From Nemertoderma westbladi (Eukaryota > Animalia > Xenacoelomorpha), in the NCBI GenBank assembly GCA_032718475.1, contig JAUCBJ010004415.1, positions 1 through 64,000 on the forward strand: DNA of 64,000 bases. The letters are read 5' to 3'. Shown one piece after another: positions 12,950-26,051 of the stretch. Within the stretch, counting starts at the first letter, position 1; every line of letters begins with the position of its first letter. The position numbers were made by a program, and so were the translations under genes. The notes under the pieces were generated by a model. That model saw only the letters and a program-made list of their open reading frames with translations. It ran no database searches and was not told the origin of the DNA.

Positions 12950-14481
12950 CCCTATTAAACCCGGGGGGGGGGGGGGGTCAATATGACCGCCCCCCCGTGG
13001 TTTTTTTATTATAATTCTGAAACAAACGCAGTTGGGAATCTGAAATTTTATGACTTTTCCTAAAAACCTATTGTCTTCCTAGTAGTGAAAACCGTTTTCA
13101 AAAATATTGGGTACTTTTCGAGTTATAGAACCATTTTTTAACCCTACTTTTGGCACTTTTTTGAGACGTTTTTTGAAAATTACATTTCATTAAATATGAA
13201 TTGTAACATCACTATTTTTGATTTACACCGGTTTTTTGATGTTAGAAATTGGATGGAATTCATATAAATTGATTTAGAAATTTCAAACTTGTTTTTTTCG
13301 GTGGGTGCCAAATTTTGGTGCCAGCACCAAATTTTGAATTATGTCAATTTTGTAAATTGATTGTTTGAAACTTGTTTTTTTACGCAATTGGGGTTTTTTG
13401 GGGTTCTGGTTTCGATGAAATATATACGAGTTGCACCAAGCGTATCAAACTTGTATTTTTCGGTGCTGTGTGCAAATTTTGGTGCTAGCACGAAATTTTG
13501 AAAATTCATTCAATAGATAAAATTGCTTGTGACAATTTATTTCTTGCGTTTTAGAGGTTTATGGCTGTTCTGAATTCAATGGAATATATAATTATCGAAC
13601 CAAACATCTCAAACTTTAATTTTTCGGATATGGGTGCAAAATGTGGTGCAAGCACCAAATTTTGAAAACCATCAAATATATCAATTGATTGTGTCACCTT
13701 GTTTCTTGCGTTATACGGGTTTGTGATGGTTCTGAATTCAATGGAATCAGTAAAAATGTCATAAGAGTTCTCAAACTTGTATTTTTCGACATTTTTAGAA
13801 AATATGCAAATTGATCATTAGATAGTATCACCTTGTTATACGGTATTATGAGGGTCCTGAATCCGATGGAATCCATAAAAACAGCACTGGACATCGCAAA
13901 CTTGTACTTTTTGGTGATGGGTACGAAATTTGGTGCTAGCACCAAAATTTGCCAAATTACGCCGAAAAATACAAGTAGCAATGATCTGGCATATTAGAAA
14001 TATATTCCATTAGAATCAGCGCCCTCGAAAACCTGAAAATGTGAATTTATAGCATCGTATAAGTGAATTAAAAATTTTGTGTTCTAACTGAAAAGTGCTG
14101 GTTACTTGTTTTTTTCATTTTTTTCCTACGCAGAGAGGACTAAACAGCCATTTATAGTAATCATATCATTTTTAAATATTTTCCAATGTATTTTGCACCC
14201 CAGAAAACCTGTATTGAAAAATAATTAGCCGAAAATGTAACTTTCAAATTTTGTGAAAATTGTGCACTACTTGTAATTTTGGTGCTGCAATATAACTACG
14301 CCAGTACATTTTTTCGAAATTTTTTTTTTCGGTCGGATCCAGACTAGTGATACCTACGTACAAACAAAACATCAGACGTTTTCGTAAATATTTGTAGATT
14401 TTAGAGGGGGGGGGGGGGGGGTCAATATGACCCCCCCCCCTCGGTATTTGTACAACATTTTATAGCCCGGTACTAATAGGG
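12950..14481. mobile_element. Non-autonomous piggyBac-like element (MITE)
   Basis: TTAA|CCCTATTAAACCCGGG ... CCCGGTACTAATAGGG|TTAA, i.e. a TTAA TSD (12946-12949, 14482-14485) and CCCT..AGGG TIRs. Internal degenerate ~120-bp repeats. Interrupts a local AT-rich tandem repeat. Confidence 0.8.
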
Positions 14482-15676
14482 TTAATAAAAAATAATAGGT
14501 AACCTCTCTCAGAAGGTGAAATTTATGTTCTAGAACGAAAAACATAATGATAATATCCATTAACATGGTAAAAAAATTGATCAAAAATTAGGTACCAAAA
14601 ATTTGGTTTTGTAATTTTAAAAACAGTAGCTACCTAAAAGAAATCACTAGCTACCATAAAAAAACAATAGCTAACGTCTAACAGAAGATGACATTAATGT
14701 TCTAAAACAAAAAACCTCAAGATAATAGCCATTAACATGGTCAAATAAACGGTCAAAAAGTGGGTACCCATAACATAGTAGTACCAATATGTATTCTGTC
14801 AGTTTTTTGAAGAATTTATCTTCCTAGTTTAATGCACTCCTCACACAAAGCTCTGGCGTCGTATATTTTTCTTATTTTTCTCCGTACCTGTTTTTAATTG
14901 CCTTAATTTGACTTTTTGTGCATTTTGCACCTCAAAAATCTTATTATCATAATTAAATTTTATTAATTTAGTTTTGAAAAATAACTAGCTATATGTTCAA
15001 GAAGATGATATTTTTTATTTAATTTATGTTCTAGAATAGTGTATAATATTAAAATTTTATTCTAGAACTCTACAATCATAAAAATGTAGTGCTGTAAGGA
15101 ACTGTTACCCATAAATGCCCTACTAGCACATTTATAAAATAAGAACAAAATTATATTGTTCTAGAACCGGATCTCGGATTCTTGGATTTATTTATTGGTT
15201 AGTCGTTGTTGTAGATTAATGCTGTAAGGATTTACTGGATTGTAAATTTATTTTTGTGTAAATTTAATATTGATGCACCACGGCACTTAAGTTATCTTTT
15301 TTTCCTCATATGTTTTCATAATTTTATTGCTGAACGGCTGCTTCCCAACATCCATTAAAGGATCAGTATAATAGTTAATAGGATGGTAGGTACCATACAC
15401 TTTGAGAAGCGACCCCATCCCTCCATCCAACTGCACTCTGTAAGCTGTTATTTTGTACACTCCACGAACTTAAATTCAAAGGTTGAAGGCAGTCCAGCAC
15501 CTTTTGACCATTGGAATTTCCCATTGCTATAATTTCTCCTTAGCAAAGAACGACAATTCCAGTTTTGGTTAATTGGACTTGTACAAAAAGGATATATAAT
15601 AGAAAAGGTACAGTTATATGTTATACAATTATATTTCGTATGTTGCCATCAATATAAAACAATTAATCATAAAATT

Positions 15677-17542
15677 CTAAAAGATTGGTGACCCACACTC
15701 GCATTTGGAGAATTTAATTATAGGCCCAATACTCTCTAGTGATTTACAGATGTGCATATGTGCAGATGTTTCTTTATATACTTTACGGCTTTGCATCGTT
15801 CCACACAGCTGCCAAGAATTATCACCTAATTTCTTCACCCTATTTTGGTCCATTTCGCCATCGGATTGTCCAATGGCTATAATTTCTCCGAAGCAAACAA
15901 TGATTCCTATACCGTTACCAGGTGATGAATCAGCTTCAACCAGATTCCATACATCATTTAGAGGATCGTAGCACTCAATGCTACTCAGTAGGCCTTTTGG
16001 AATATGATTACTGCAGCCACCTACCACGTAGATATGGTTGTTATAAACTGCGCACCCAAAGGAATACCGTCTGGTGTTCATCGCCGCCACTCTCTTAGTC
16101 CATTTTTTGGTTTTCGGGTTGTACTTCTCGACCGAATTCAAAATTCTAGACTCATTGATACCGCCAATAGCATAAAGACATCCACCCAGAACAGCCACTG
16201 ACAATCGTGATCGATAATACGTCATTGAAGTAACCGGTTTCCATCTGTTGGTGTTTGGGTTGTAACGTTCCACGGTCTTGAGGTGTCTTTGCCTATTTCC
16301 ATATCCCCCAACCACATAGAGCAAACCGTCCATCACAGCAACACCATGGGCATAGCGGGATGTGCTCATTGGGACCATGGTATCCCATTGGTCGACTTCT
16401 GGATCATAACGCTCACAGAATCTCTGTGCTATGCGCTCTGCATTTAATCCTCCAACCGCATACAAAAATCCATTGAGCACAGCGACACCCACACAAAATC
16501 TGGGCCAATTCAATTGATCAACCAATTCCCAGTCATTAGTCTCTGGTTTGTATTGCACTACCCACGTACTTCTGATTGAATTCTCATGGTAGCTTATAGA
16601 CTGGCCGAAAGCATACAAACGTGCACAGGGCTGGGGACTCCGAGAAAGGGTCCCAACCCAAGGGCCGGAGTTCAATGAGACATCCTTCCGGAATGTCTTG
16701 GCATCTTCTACCAGTTGCAGACACTGATTGTCATTACAAATTAGAGGGTGGTTCTCCACAGTTCCCTCTAGGAATGTCAATCTTATTAGCGGCATACGAA
16801 TGAGTTTGAGCAACTCCAGCAGTAATGGAAAAGGTTCCTCATTGTGCTCGGTATGGTGCCGAATCCATTCCGTACTGCAGTCAACCCATTTCATCACAGC
16901 AGTAAACAGCTCCTCCTCAGACCAAAGATACAGCTCATCACTTCTAATTATCTCCTTCAGCTTATTAACTGACAATGAAAGAAACTCGTCATTTCATATA
17001 ACATTATGGAAGTGGTGCATCATGTACTTTTTGGCATCACGCAAGAGGTCCTGACATAAAAAGATTTCCGCAATCGATAGGAAACCAATACAATTACTCG
17101 GGTCCAGGTTGTTCTTCAAGAACTCGCAGCACCTTTGCAGCACCTTTTTCACTTGGAGCATAGATGCAGCAGCCAACAGTTTCTCCACATTTTCCTCATC
17201 TACTGTTATGAATGATGTGTATGCAAAGTTGATTATATGTTCCACAGCGTGTGCGTCTACTTTGCTGATTCTCACCTCAGCTTGATTGGCTTCTTTCCAT
17301 TCATGAGTGAACATGGCTTCGAAGTAGGGACTTAACCTCACCAAAATACATCTGTGCGTGGTGATTCTCTGTTCTTCGACAATGAGTCGTATGTCACAGG
17401 GTTTGTTAACTATTTCAGCCCTAATTTTGGATAAGATCCTATCATACTCCATGGTGTTATTTTTCGGCTCAAAGTTTGTAGCCGTCGCCTCTTCGCCAAC
17501 TTCCCACCCAGTGACACTGTTCCTGCAGCCAAGGCACCACAT
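15677..17542 (-). pseudogene. BTB-BACK-Kelch paralog with an in-frame nonsense codon
   Basis: Near-identical to 2208-4040, but CGA (Arg) has become TGA at 16994-16996 in the BACK domain. Confidence 0.85.
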
Positions 17543-18489
17543 TCAAATATGCCGCTCGACCCCCTCTTACACTTTATAGAGTACATGAAGACGAAATAGT
17601 GAACATTTTAAAATAGATAATAGATAACGTCTACCAGAAGGAAAAATTAATGTTCTAGAATAAAAAGAACACATAACAGTCATTCACACATTGAAAAATT
17701 GAATAAAATTTGGGGCATAAATGGGCAACAGTTCCATATAGCAGTGCATTTTTAAAAGATAATGTCATTATTACTATGGTAATGTTGAAGAGTTTTAGAA
17801 CAATTACTGTATATACTATTCTAGAACATAAATATAATAATACAATTTAAGATCTAGAACATATAGATAATTTATTTTAATTTTAAAATAGCTAGCAATA
17901 ATTAAAAAAAATTATTTTTAAATCAATTTAGCAATACATTTAAATTAAAATTGCAACTAAAATTTAATTGCATATATTTAACTATACACAGATATTAAAG
18001 GGTACCGGTAAAATGAAAGAAAATTAAGGCGATGCATAAGTCAAGTCACAGACTGCTCGATAGTTCCTGGCGATTTAAAAATGATGAATAATAAAATTTT
18101 TAAAATACTCTTAAAAGTTGTCATATTATTATTACCTATTTACATTATTCAAAGCTCAAGAATTAAAATTACAATTAAAAAAATATTAATGTTTACTAAA
18201 ATTAGTGTTTTGGCAAAGGGTTAAATTCACTAAAATTGAAAAAAAAATATATCTGTTGAAATACTGTAAATAAATATCATGTTATTATAAATATGACCAA
18301 GTGAATATGAAGTAAAATGTAAAAAAAAAACAATCCAGCAGAAGATTAACTATGGAGGAAAATGTAAAATTAATTAATAAATAAAAAATAAATGAAAAAA
18401 TATTACAGTTGTAAGTAGAATTACTGAAATAAAATGACTTTAAGATGTCGTACAGACCATCGCTGAAGGAGAAAGTGGTGAGACCTTGG

Positions 18490-19384
18490 TTCCGAGGTAG
18501 TGCCACAGAGTCTGTGTCCGATCTCCTTCAGGAATACCGCCGTTTCAGCCTTTCAGGACCGGGCCATACAAAGGTCTCAAAAGCTACGGGGCAGAATATA
18601 TAGCCTCGCTTTACCAACTCCTCATATTTACGGGATTTGGCAACTTCCACTGCCATGCGACCTCCACTGGATTGACTTGTAGCGATGGGGATGGGTGCGA
18701 GCAAATCCCACACTGTGGTGTCCCAAGTGAGCATGCGGCCACGGTTCCACAGAATAGTAGTTACCTCATCAACCCGCTTCCCACCATCACCTTGACAAAG
18801 TCCTGGCAGTTCCAGTTTGGTTGAAACTCCACAGCTGGCCAATGACTGCTTTATGACGTCATTGATCATCGAGTGTATGGGGTGTCGACCAGCACTTTGC
18901 TGACACAATAAACTGTGTACTCCATCTGACTCAACTGGTTTACCACAGCGAGTGCAACTGTGGAGTACGGTAATCTTGCATCTGAGTCACATGGCAATGG
19001 AGATGCGAAACTGCTAGTTGTTGAGTTTCAACCCGAGGGACGCTGCTGGGACTGCACCGCATCGAGCCAACATCTAGCAACACTGCAGTTGATAAGAGTT
19101 CAGTCGCGCGACTTCAGATGGTGTGGTCGATGAGTGGAGGTTCATCAAGTATGCATATATGGAAGGTAGCAACCACACACTCTGTATGGTGGAGGTGGGG
19201 ATGGGTTCGCCTATGGTGACCAAAGAGCGCCATAGCTCCTGCACACCAGGTTAGCTGTACGTGCCCTTGACTTGAACAGACACTCCACCTGATTGGCACT
19301 TGCAGCTGTGGAAGCCAAGAAGGCGGAAGGTGCGAGCTGCATGGCGCTGGTCAAGCCGAGACCCCCTACTCAGGTCGGGAGACA
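18490..19384 (-). mobile_element. CRE/RLE-type non-LTR fragment (duplicate of 4990-5882)
   Basis: Same motifs, ORF 18528-18908. Confidence 0.75.
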
Positions 19385-19949
19385 GGGGCAAAAATGTGTC
19401 GTTTTTGCACAATGCGCACAAATGGTTACTCTAAACCTTGAAAGTTCTTAAGAACTTTGATATTTTATAAACTAACATCCAGTGCTTATTTTAAGTATAG
19501 AGCTTTGTCGATCGCTCTTAGAGAAAAACAGCTGCTTAGATTACGAAATTACCAGCCATTGGACAGTATCTCTCTTTGTCCCTTGCTTTTGTGTTATTTA
19601 CCGTCCAATCAGTATACTTTTCACTGATAGACTTAATTACCGAATCCCTGGGTTACGGACGGATGGCATGGTTACTGATTCCTGATTGGAGTTCTAGCCG
19701 ATTCCATGAATTATATGACATTCGATGGTGATTCATCCCTAATTGCCTAGTTCAGGCAGGGATTCATTGCCACAATTCCTTCAGTGAGTGTGTATACACT
19801 TCCTGAGACTTTCTGACTTTGCCCAGAAACATCAGCGGCCAGAGAGATCATAGAAGGCAAATCTATTTACTTTCCATTCAATTCATACATTCATACTCCT
19901 TTCATACATTGCAACACATCCTGGCTTTCTGAAGTCTGACTGCTGACAT

Positions 19950-20500
19950 TGCCGCACCGCATCCCTTATACTGTTTTTAAGCTGTTATAATATACTTTGT
20001 AACATATTTGATTAATGCTAATATTTGGAGAATATTTACGAATAACCGATAACTCTAGATTATTTCTAGATTATTGAGGTAAGCGGAGGGGAATACTATT
20101 CACAATTGCCTAGCTCAAGTAACAGTGGTTTGTATGAGTTTATGCTGTTTCATAGTCCCCAACGTACGTGAGCTAAGTTTCTCCTTATATGAGAGTAAAA
20201 TTGGTGGCAGTCAGCAAATTGGTGTGTTTCAGTACTATTGTCAGTTGCGTGGGTGTGAACGATTAATAATACATTCCTAAAGAATGTAAACATTTGCATT
20301 ATCTCATGCCCACCCGTTGTAATTAGTATAAGTCATAACTCTGCGTGGTATTTAAAGGAGAGTACCTAAAAGGAACTGTTGCTATTTAACTGAAAATAAA
20401 CATAGTTTTTGGAGATTATATAGAGAGATCAATCGAATAATACAAAGTAGCCTACATCTCTCTCTGCCATAGAATCCAGTCTCCCACATCCGATGGGTCA
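19950..20500 (+). mobile_element. LTR-derived fragment related to the element E LTR
   Basis: Absent from copy A. Shares ordered blocks (TTCCTAAAGAATG, ATTAGTATAAGTCATA, AAAGGAACTGTT, GATCAATCGAATAATACAA, AGAATCCAGTCTCCC) with the reverse complement of 44700-44960. Confidence 0.7.
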
Positions 20501-20899
20501 TATGCGCTAAACTGGCTTTGGCTGTGTTCATATTTTGTATGGGATGTCAGACATTATAAGACATATAAATTAGCAGGTTAAACTGTTAAAGGTGTAAAAG
20601 CGCGAACAACGTGATCCCACTGAACAAACATAACCGGAGATTATTCACACATATAACAACCTACTATAGGCATCAGCTTACTAACCATAAGATGTTGCCA
20701 ACACATAGTGAGAGAGGGATTAATCAGCGCAATAATTTTTATTGTCCGTTTAAATTACTCATGATGTCCTTTTTTTTTACTTTTTATGTCCTCCAGAAAT
20801 TTACTGTTAGGTTCCATGCTACCGGTTTCTCTACTGCTGTTCTCTCAGGCTCTCAGTACCGGTATTAGTATATAGAGCACTGTGTACTGAACAGAGACG

Positions 20900-21802
20900 G
20901 ATCGTGACCGAGGTGAAGGCGGAGTCCGTAACATCGTCTCGTACTAAAAGGGAACAAGTATACGCCCCGCCCAGTTACCCACAGACCTACGCAAACTGTG
21001 TGAACTCACAACAGAAAAAGGTGCGTTAGCTTGGTTAAATTCCAAGGCACTAACCCTACAAGTTACTCACCTAAAGAAGAATAAAGAATAATTCCGGGAT
21101 GCGGGGTGTCTCCGCTACGGTTGGTGTCCGAAGAATCTACCATCTCGTTGTGCCTGTGGGGCGCGATTTTCTGCAACCCATGTCCTGTCATGCCCAACTG
21201 GAGGTTTCCCCTCCATCAGGCACAATGAGATACGTGATTTCGTCGCCAACTCGCTCACTGAGGTCGCCTACAACGTTGCTGTTGAGCCGATGCTCCAGCC
21301 GTTATCCGGTGAAACTTTCACCCATCGTACCACCTCGACGGACCAGCAGGCGAGGCTGGATGTGTCTGTGAGCGGCTTCTGGGGAAACCGATTCCAGCGG
21401 TCGTTCATCGACGTGTCCATGTTTAACCCGCTGGCGGCAACGAACGCGGCTATGTCCCTAGACGCAGCGCACCTCCACCACGAGAATCGTAAGATTCTTA
21501 AGTATGAGGAGAGGATACGGGAGGTGGAACATTCTACTTTCGTCCCCCTCATATTCTCGGCCTTTGGCGGGATGGTGCCGACCACGCGCCAGTTTGTTAA
21601 GCGCCTGGGACAGAAGCTCGCGGACAAACGCGAGGTCAGGTACTCGGAATGCGTCACATGGATCTGGCGCAAGTTAAACTTTACGTTGCTTCGTTCCTCC
21701 CTGCTCTGCCTTCGAGGTTGTAGGTCAGCCTCTAAACGGCCGGTTCATTGTCCAGTGTCCGATGCCTCCATTCGGTTGGACAACGCTGACACTGAGCCGT
21801 AG
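20900..21802 (+). mobile_element. CRE-like non-LTR fragment (longer duplicate of 6800-7559)
   Basis: EKGALAWLN region plus RLE domain ORF 21290-21802. Confidence 0.8.
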
Positions 21803-22001
21803 TCTGTGGTCTGGTAGGACAGCGCAGTCGTACAGGCCTACAATAGCTGACCAGTACAACATAAACAACCAACTGTTTTGAATTTCCCCCTTACATCCGT
21901 ATCACTGTATCTCATTGCAGCATTGTATAAATCAGATTTGGTGATAGGGTGTACAGTAATAGTGCAATTTGAAGTATATACTATATAATATACACTATCT
22001 C

Positions 22002-22566
22002 TGTGACGGGATCCGAGAATCCCTGTTTATCCGGGTTGTTTGTTTACGCGTCAAGTGTCACACCGTTCGATGGAAAAGATATAAGTTTGTTTGTTGTTCC
22101 GGCGTTCTTGATAATATAGATAAATATGTGATAGCATACAGATATGAGATAACATGAGCAAATACTGAAATGACCGGTAATATAGGTGACGGCGATAACG
22201 GTAACAAAGTCACCGCTCTGCCCTGACTGCACTGCGATAACTAAAGTGAGCAAATGAAACAACTGGTAATATATATTGCACGGGTTGGCCATATTACTCA
22301 GTCGATGCCTTCCCCCCATTGGCTAATAGCTCACTTCTCGCCCTCCCATCTCTCTAGGAGTGTTTTTCCCCCGCTACTGTTATTCTCTCTCCCCTGGAGG
22401 TATAACCTCTGACCCCCATTGTGCGTATGTCCTCTGGGGTTTCCCGTCCCCATCTCATTGGGGTGACACGAGGTTGATTGGCAATCAACCTCGTGTTCCC
22501 AATATTGCTTAAGGCGCTCTTTCCCACTTTATGGGGGTTGGTGTGGCGGAATTGAATACGCTCACA
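22002..22566 (-). mobile_element. Solo LTR of the element C family
   Basis: TG..CA ends and a 5-bp TSD ATCTC (single ATCTC in copy A). Reverse-complement homology to the split LTR at 25902-26051 plus 42120-42531. Confidence 0.92.
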
Positions 22567-22799
22567 ATCTCCACACTTACCACCAGTATATAGAGCACTA
22601 TTTTGCAGTATTGCTGTATTGTATGTACAGATTTAGGTATAAAGCAGGTATTTTAGGTATTTTAGTACCTGTACCGGCACCAGTACTGCTGTAGGCCTAC
22701 TGTGTAGCCTACCATTTAAATACGGTAATGGGGGCCTACCGGCTGACCGGTTGTGCTAATAAATTTTAAATAATTGATAGGTAAAGATAGGATAGGATA

Positions 22800-23415
22800 G
22801 GTAAAGTGACCGTTTATTGTTTTGGTTAGAAAGGCCCGCCTCTGTAACCTGCTCCTTTCCTTCATTTAGTAAAGTGACTGTTTATTGTTTTGGTTATTAA
22901 ATCCCGCCTCTGTAACCTGCCCCTTTCCCTCAATTAGTTAAATGATCGTTTATTGTTTTGGTTAGAAAATCCCGCCTCTGTAACCTGCTCCTTTCCCTCA
23001 ATTAGTTAAGTGATCGTTTATTGTTTTGGTTAGGAAATCCCGCCTCTGTAACCTGCTCCTTTCTCTCAATTGGTAATGTTATCGTTTATTGTTTTGGTTA
23101 GAAAAGACCATCTATGTAACCTGCTCCTTTCCTTCATTTGGTAATGTTATCGTTTATTGTTTTGGTTAGAAAAGATCAGATCTGTAACCTGCTCCTTTCG
23201 TTCATTTGGTAAAGTGATTGTTTATTGTTTTGGTTAGAAAATCCCGCCTCTGTAACCTGCTCCTTCCCCTGATTTGGTGAAGTGACCGTTTATTGTTTTG
23301 GTTAGAAAGGCTAGCCTCTGTAACCTGCTCCTTTCCTTCATTTGGTAAAGTGACTGTTTATTATTTTGGTTAGAAAATCCGGCCTTACCCTGCTCCTTTC
23401 CATCAATTGGTAATT
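22800..23415. repeat. 68-bp minisatellite (copy B)
   Basis: Same unit as 7965-8515. Confidence 0.9.
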
Positions 23416-24785
23416 GTTTTTGGCTATAAAATGAGTGTTTTGCTACGTCATGTGGTAATCGACTATCGACAACAACCACAAACTATTAAATTTAGAGTCT
23501 TTTACCACATGCGCATATGGAAATATATCTCATAGTCTATAAATCATGGAATTTTCAATGTTTTGGCACAGGCATAGAGAAACCAACTGTCCGACAGACC
23601 AGAAATCAACAAATTTTGAATGTTTTGGCATAGGCATGTTGAAATCAACTGTCAGACAGTCCAGAAATCAGCAGTCTGACAGTTTGAAGAAATACATACA
23701 TAAAAAGTCATTAAAGGACAACAAAAGTCATTAAAGGGACAATAAAAGTCATTATGCACAATTCGTAAAAAATGGAGGACAAAAAAAGTCAAATAAAAGG
23801 ACATAAAAAATCACTGCCATTAATTAGTTAGGAAAGTAAACGATTAATCAAGAAAAGGCGATAGTCAATAGCAAAACTGCAGCCCTGATCACCCATTGGT
23901 TAGGGCAGCAATAAGGCAAACCATCTCAAATCTATAGTGGCTTATACCGTATGTAATATCAATTTTAACTCAGTCACATGCGTCCTTCAAACCCGAGAGA
24001 CGGCTTTAGGTTTAATGGTTCTGTTGCTGTAATTACTGACGGTATTCTGTTTATTGTCTAAGCATCAGATTCATCATACTTGTGCCTTTTACTGGTCAAT
24101 GTTCGTTACGTATGATAGTTCTATTATACATGCAAGAAGAACAAAACGCTAGTTTCCAAGTCATGCCTGAATTTTTTGTGATTTATTTATTTATTTATTA
24201 CCCATAGAAACATATACATTATAATAAATGCACACATAATTATTGTAATATATATCAGTATATATATAAATATAATATATATATATAGGTAAAGGAGGGC
24301 AACCTAATAGCATTACTAGTGAACGGCTGCCCACCAGGGAGGGTGGATGGATATTTCAGAGGAAGGGATGGGACAAGGATATAGTTAGATTAGAATAGGG
24401 TTAGATAGGATAGGGTTAGGATAGGCAGGGTAGGTTAGGTGGATAGAGTAGGACATGATATGATAGGGTAGGATAGAGTAAGATAGGATAGGATAGGGTA
24501 GATAGGAGGATAGAGGATAGGATAGTCTAGGATGTGTTAGAAGTGCCGAAAGAGTGAAAAGTTATGAGTAAAAAGCAAATACAGTCGACTGCGATTTTTT
24601 GGCATTATTTGTTATATTAATTAATTATTTATACATAACTTTATATTGTTATTTATTTGTGTTTTATGAATTTTAGTTATATTAGGTATTTTTTAGTACT
24701 ATAAACTGTATTTTTAAGGGTTTACTGGGGAATAATATCTTACTACATCTGACTAGTCAGTGATGTTGATGATGACTGCTTCGAA

Positions 24786-25901
24786 GCGTGACCCCGCGCC
24801 CGGGTTAGTTTTAATAAAGGCCCAAAAGGTGTGAGCATGACCCCACGCCCGGGTAAATTTAATAAAGGCCCACAAGGTGTGAGCGTGACCCCGCGCCGGG
24901 GTAGATTTAATAAAGGCCCACTAATTGTGAGCGTGACCCCGCGCCCGGGTAGATTTAATAAAGACCCAGGCCCACTAAGAGTGAGCGTGACCCCGCGCCC
25001 GGCTAGATTTAATAAAGGTGAACTAAGAGTGAGCGTGACCCCACGCCCGGGTAGATTTAATAAAGGCCCACAAGGTGTGAGCATGACCCCGCGCCTGGGT
25101 AGATTTATGAAGGCCCACACGGTGTGAGCATGACCCCACGCCTGGGTAGATTTTATAAAGGCCCACTAAGAGTGAGCGTGTCCCCGTGCCCGGGTAGTTT
25201 TAATAATGGCCCACTAAGAGTGAGCATGACCCCGCGCCTGGGTAGATTTAATGAAGGCCCACAAGGAGTGAGCATGACCCCACGCCCGGGTAGATTTAAT
25301 AAAGTCTCAATAAGAGTGAGCGTGACCCCGTGCCCGGGTAGTTTTAATAAAGGCCCACTAAGAGTAAGCATGACCCCGCGCCTGGGTAGATTTAATGAAG
25401 GCCTACAAGGAGTGAGCGTTACCCCACGCCCGGGTAGATTTAATAAAGGCCCACAAGGTGTGAGCGTGACCCCGCGCCCGGGTAGATTTAATAAAGGCCC
25501 ACTAAGAGTGAGCGTGATCCCGCGTCGGGGTAGATTTAATAAAGGCCCACTAAGAGTGAGCGCGACCCCGCGCCCGGCTAGATTTAATAAAGGCGCACTA
25601 AGAGTGAGGGTGACCCCACGCCCGGGTAGATTTAATAAAGGCCCACAAGGTGTGAGCGTGACCCCGTGCCCGGGTAGATTTAATAAAGACCCACTAAGAG
25701 TGAGCGTGACCCCGCGCCCGGGTAGATTTAATAAAGGCCCACTAAGAGTGAGCTTGACCTCGTGCCTGGGTAGATTTAATAAAGGCCCACTAAGAGTGAG
25801 CGTGACCCCATGCCCGGGTAGATTTAATAAAGGCCCACTAAGAGTGAGCGTGACCCCGCGCCCAGGTAAATTTAATAAAGCCCACAAAGAGTGAGCGTGA
25901 C
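24786..25901. repeat. 48-bp minisatellite (copy B)
   Basis: Same unit as 9887-10718, cut by the element C insertion after GTGAC. Confidence 0.95.
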
Positions 25902-26051
25902 TGTTAGCGAATTTAATTCCGCTAACCACCCCACAAAGTTAGCTTTAAGCAATATTGGGAGCACGAGGTTGATTGCCAATCAACCTCGTGTCACCACAAT
26001 AAACGGGGACAAGAATCCCCGAAGGACACACACACAAAGGGGGTCAGAGGT

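Larger units (their letters stand above)
15171..25901. repeat. Local duplication, copy B
   Basis: Paralog of 1724-10718 with extra sequence at ~19950-20500, ~20825-21040 and 22002-22566. Ends where LTR element C inserted. Confidence 0.92.
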
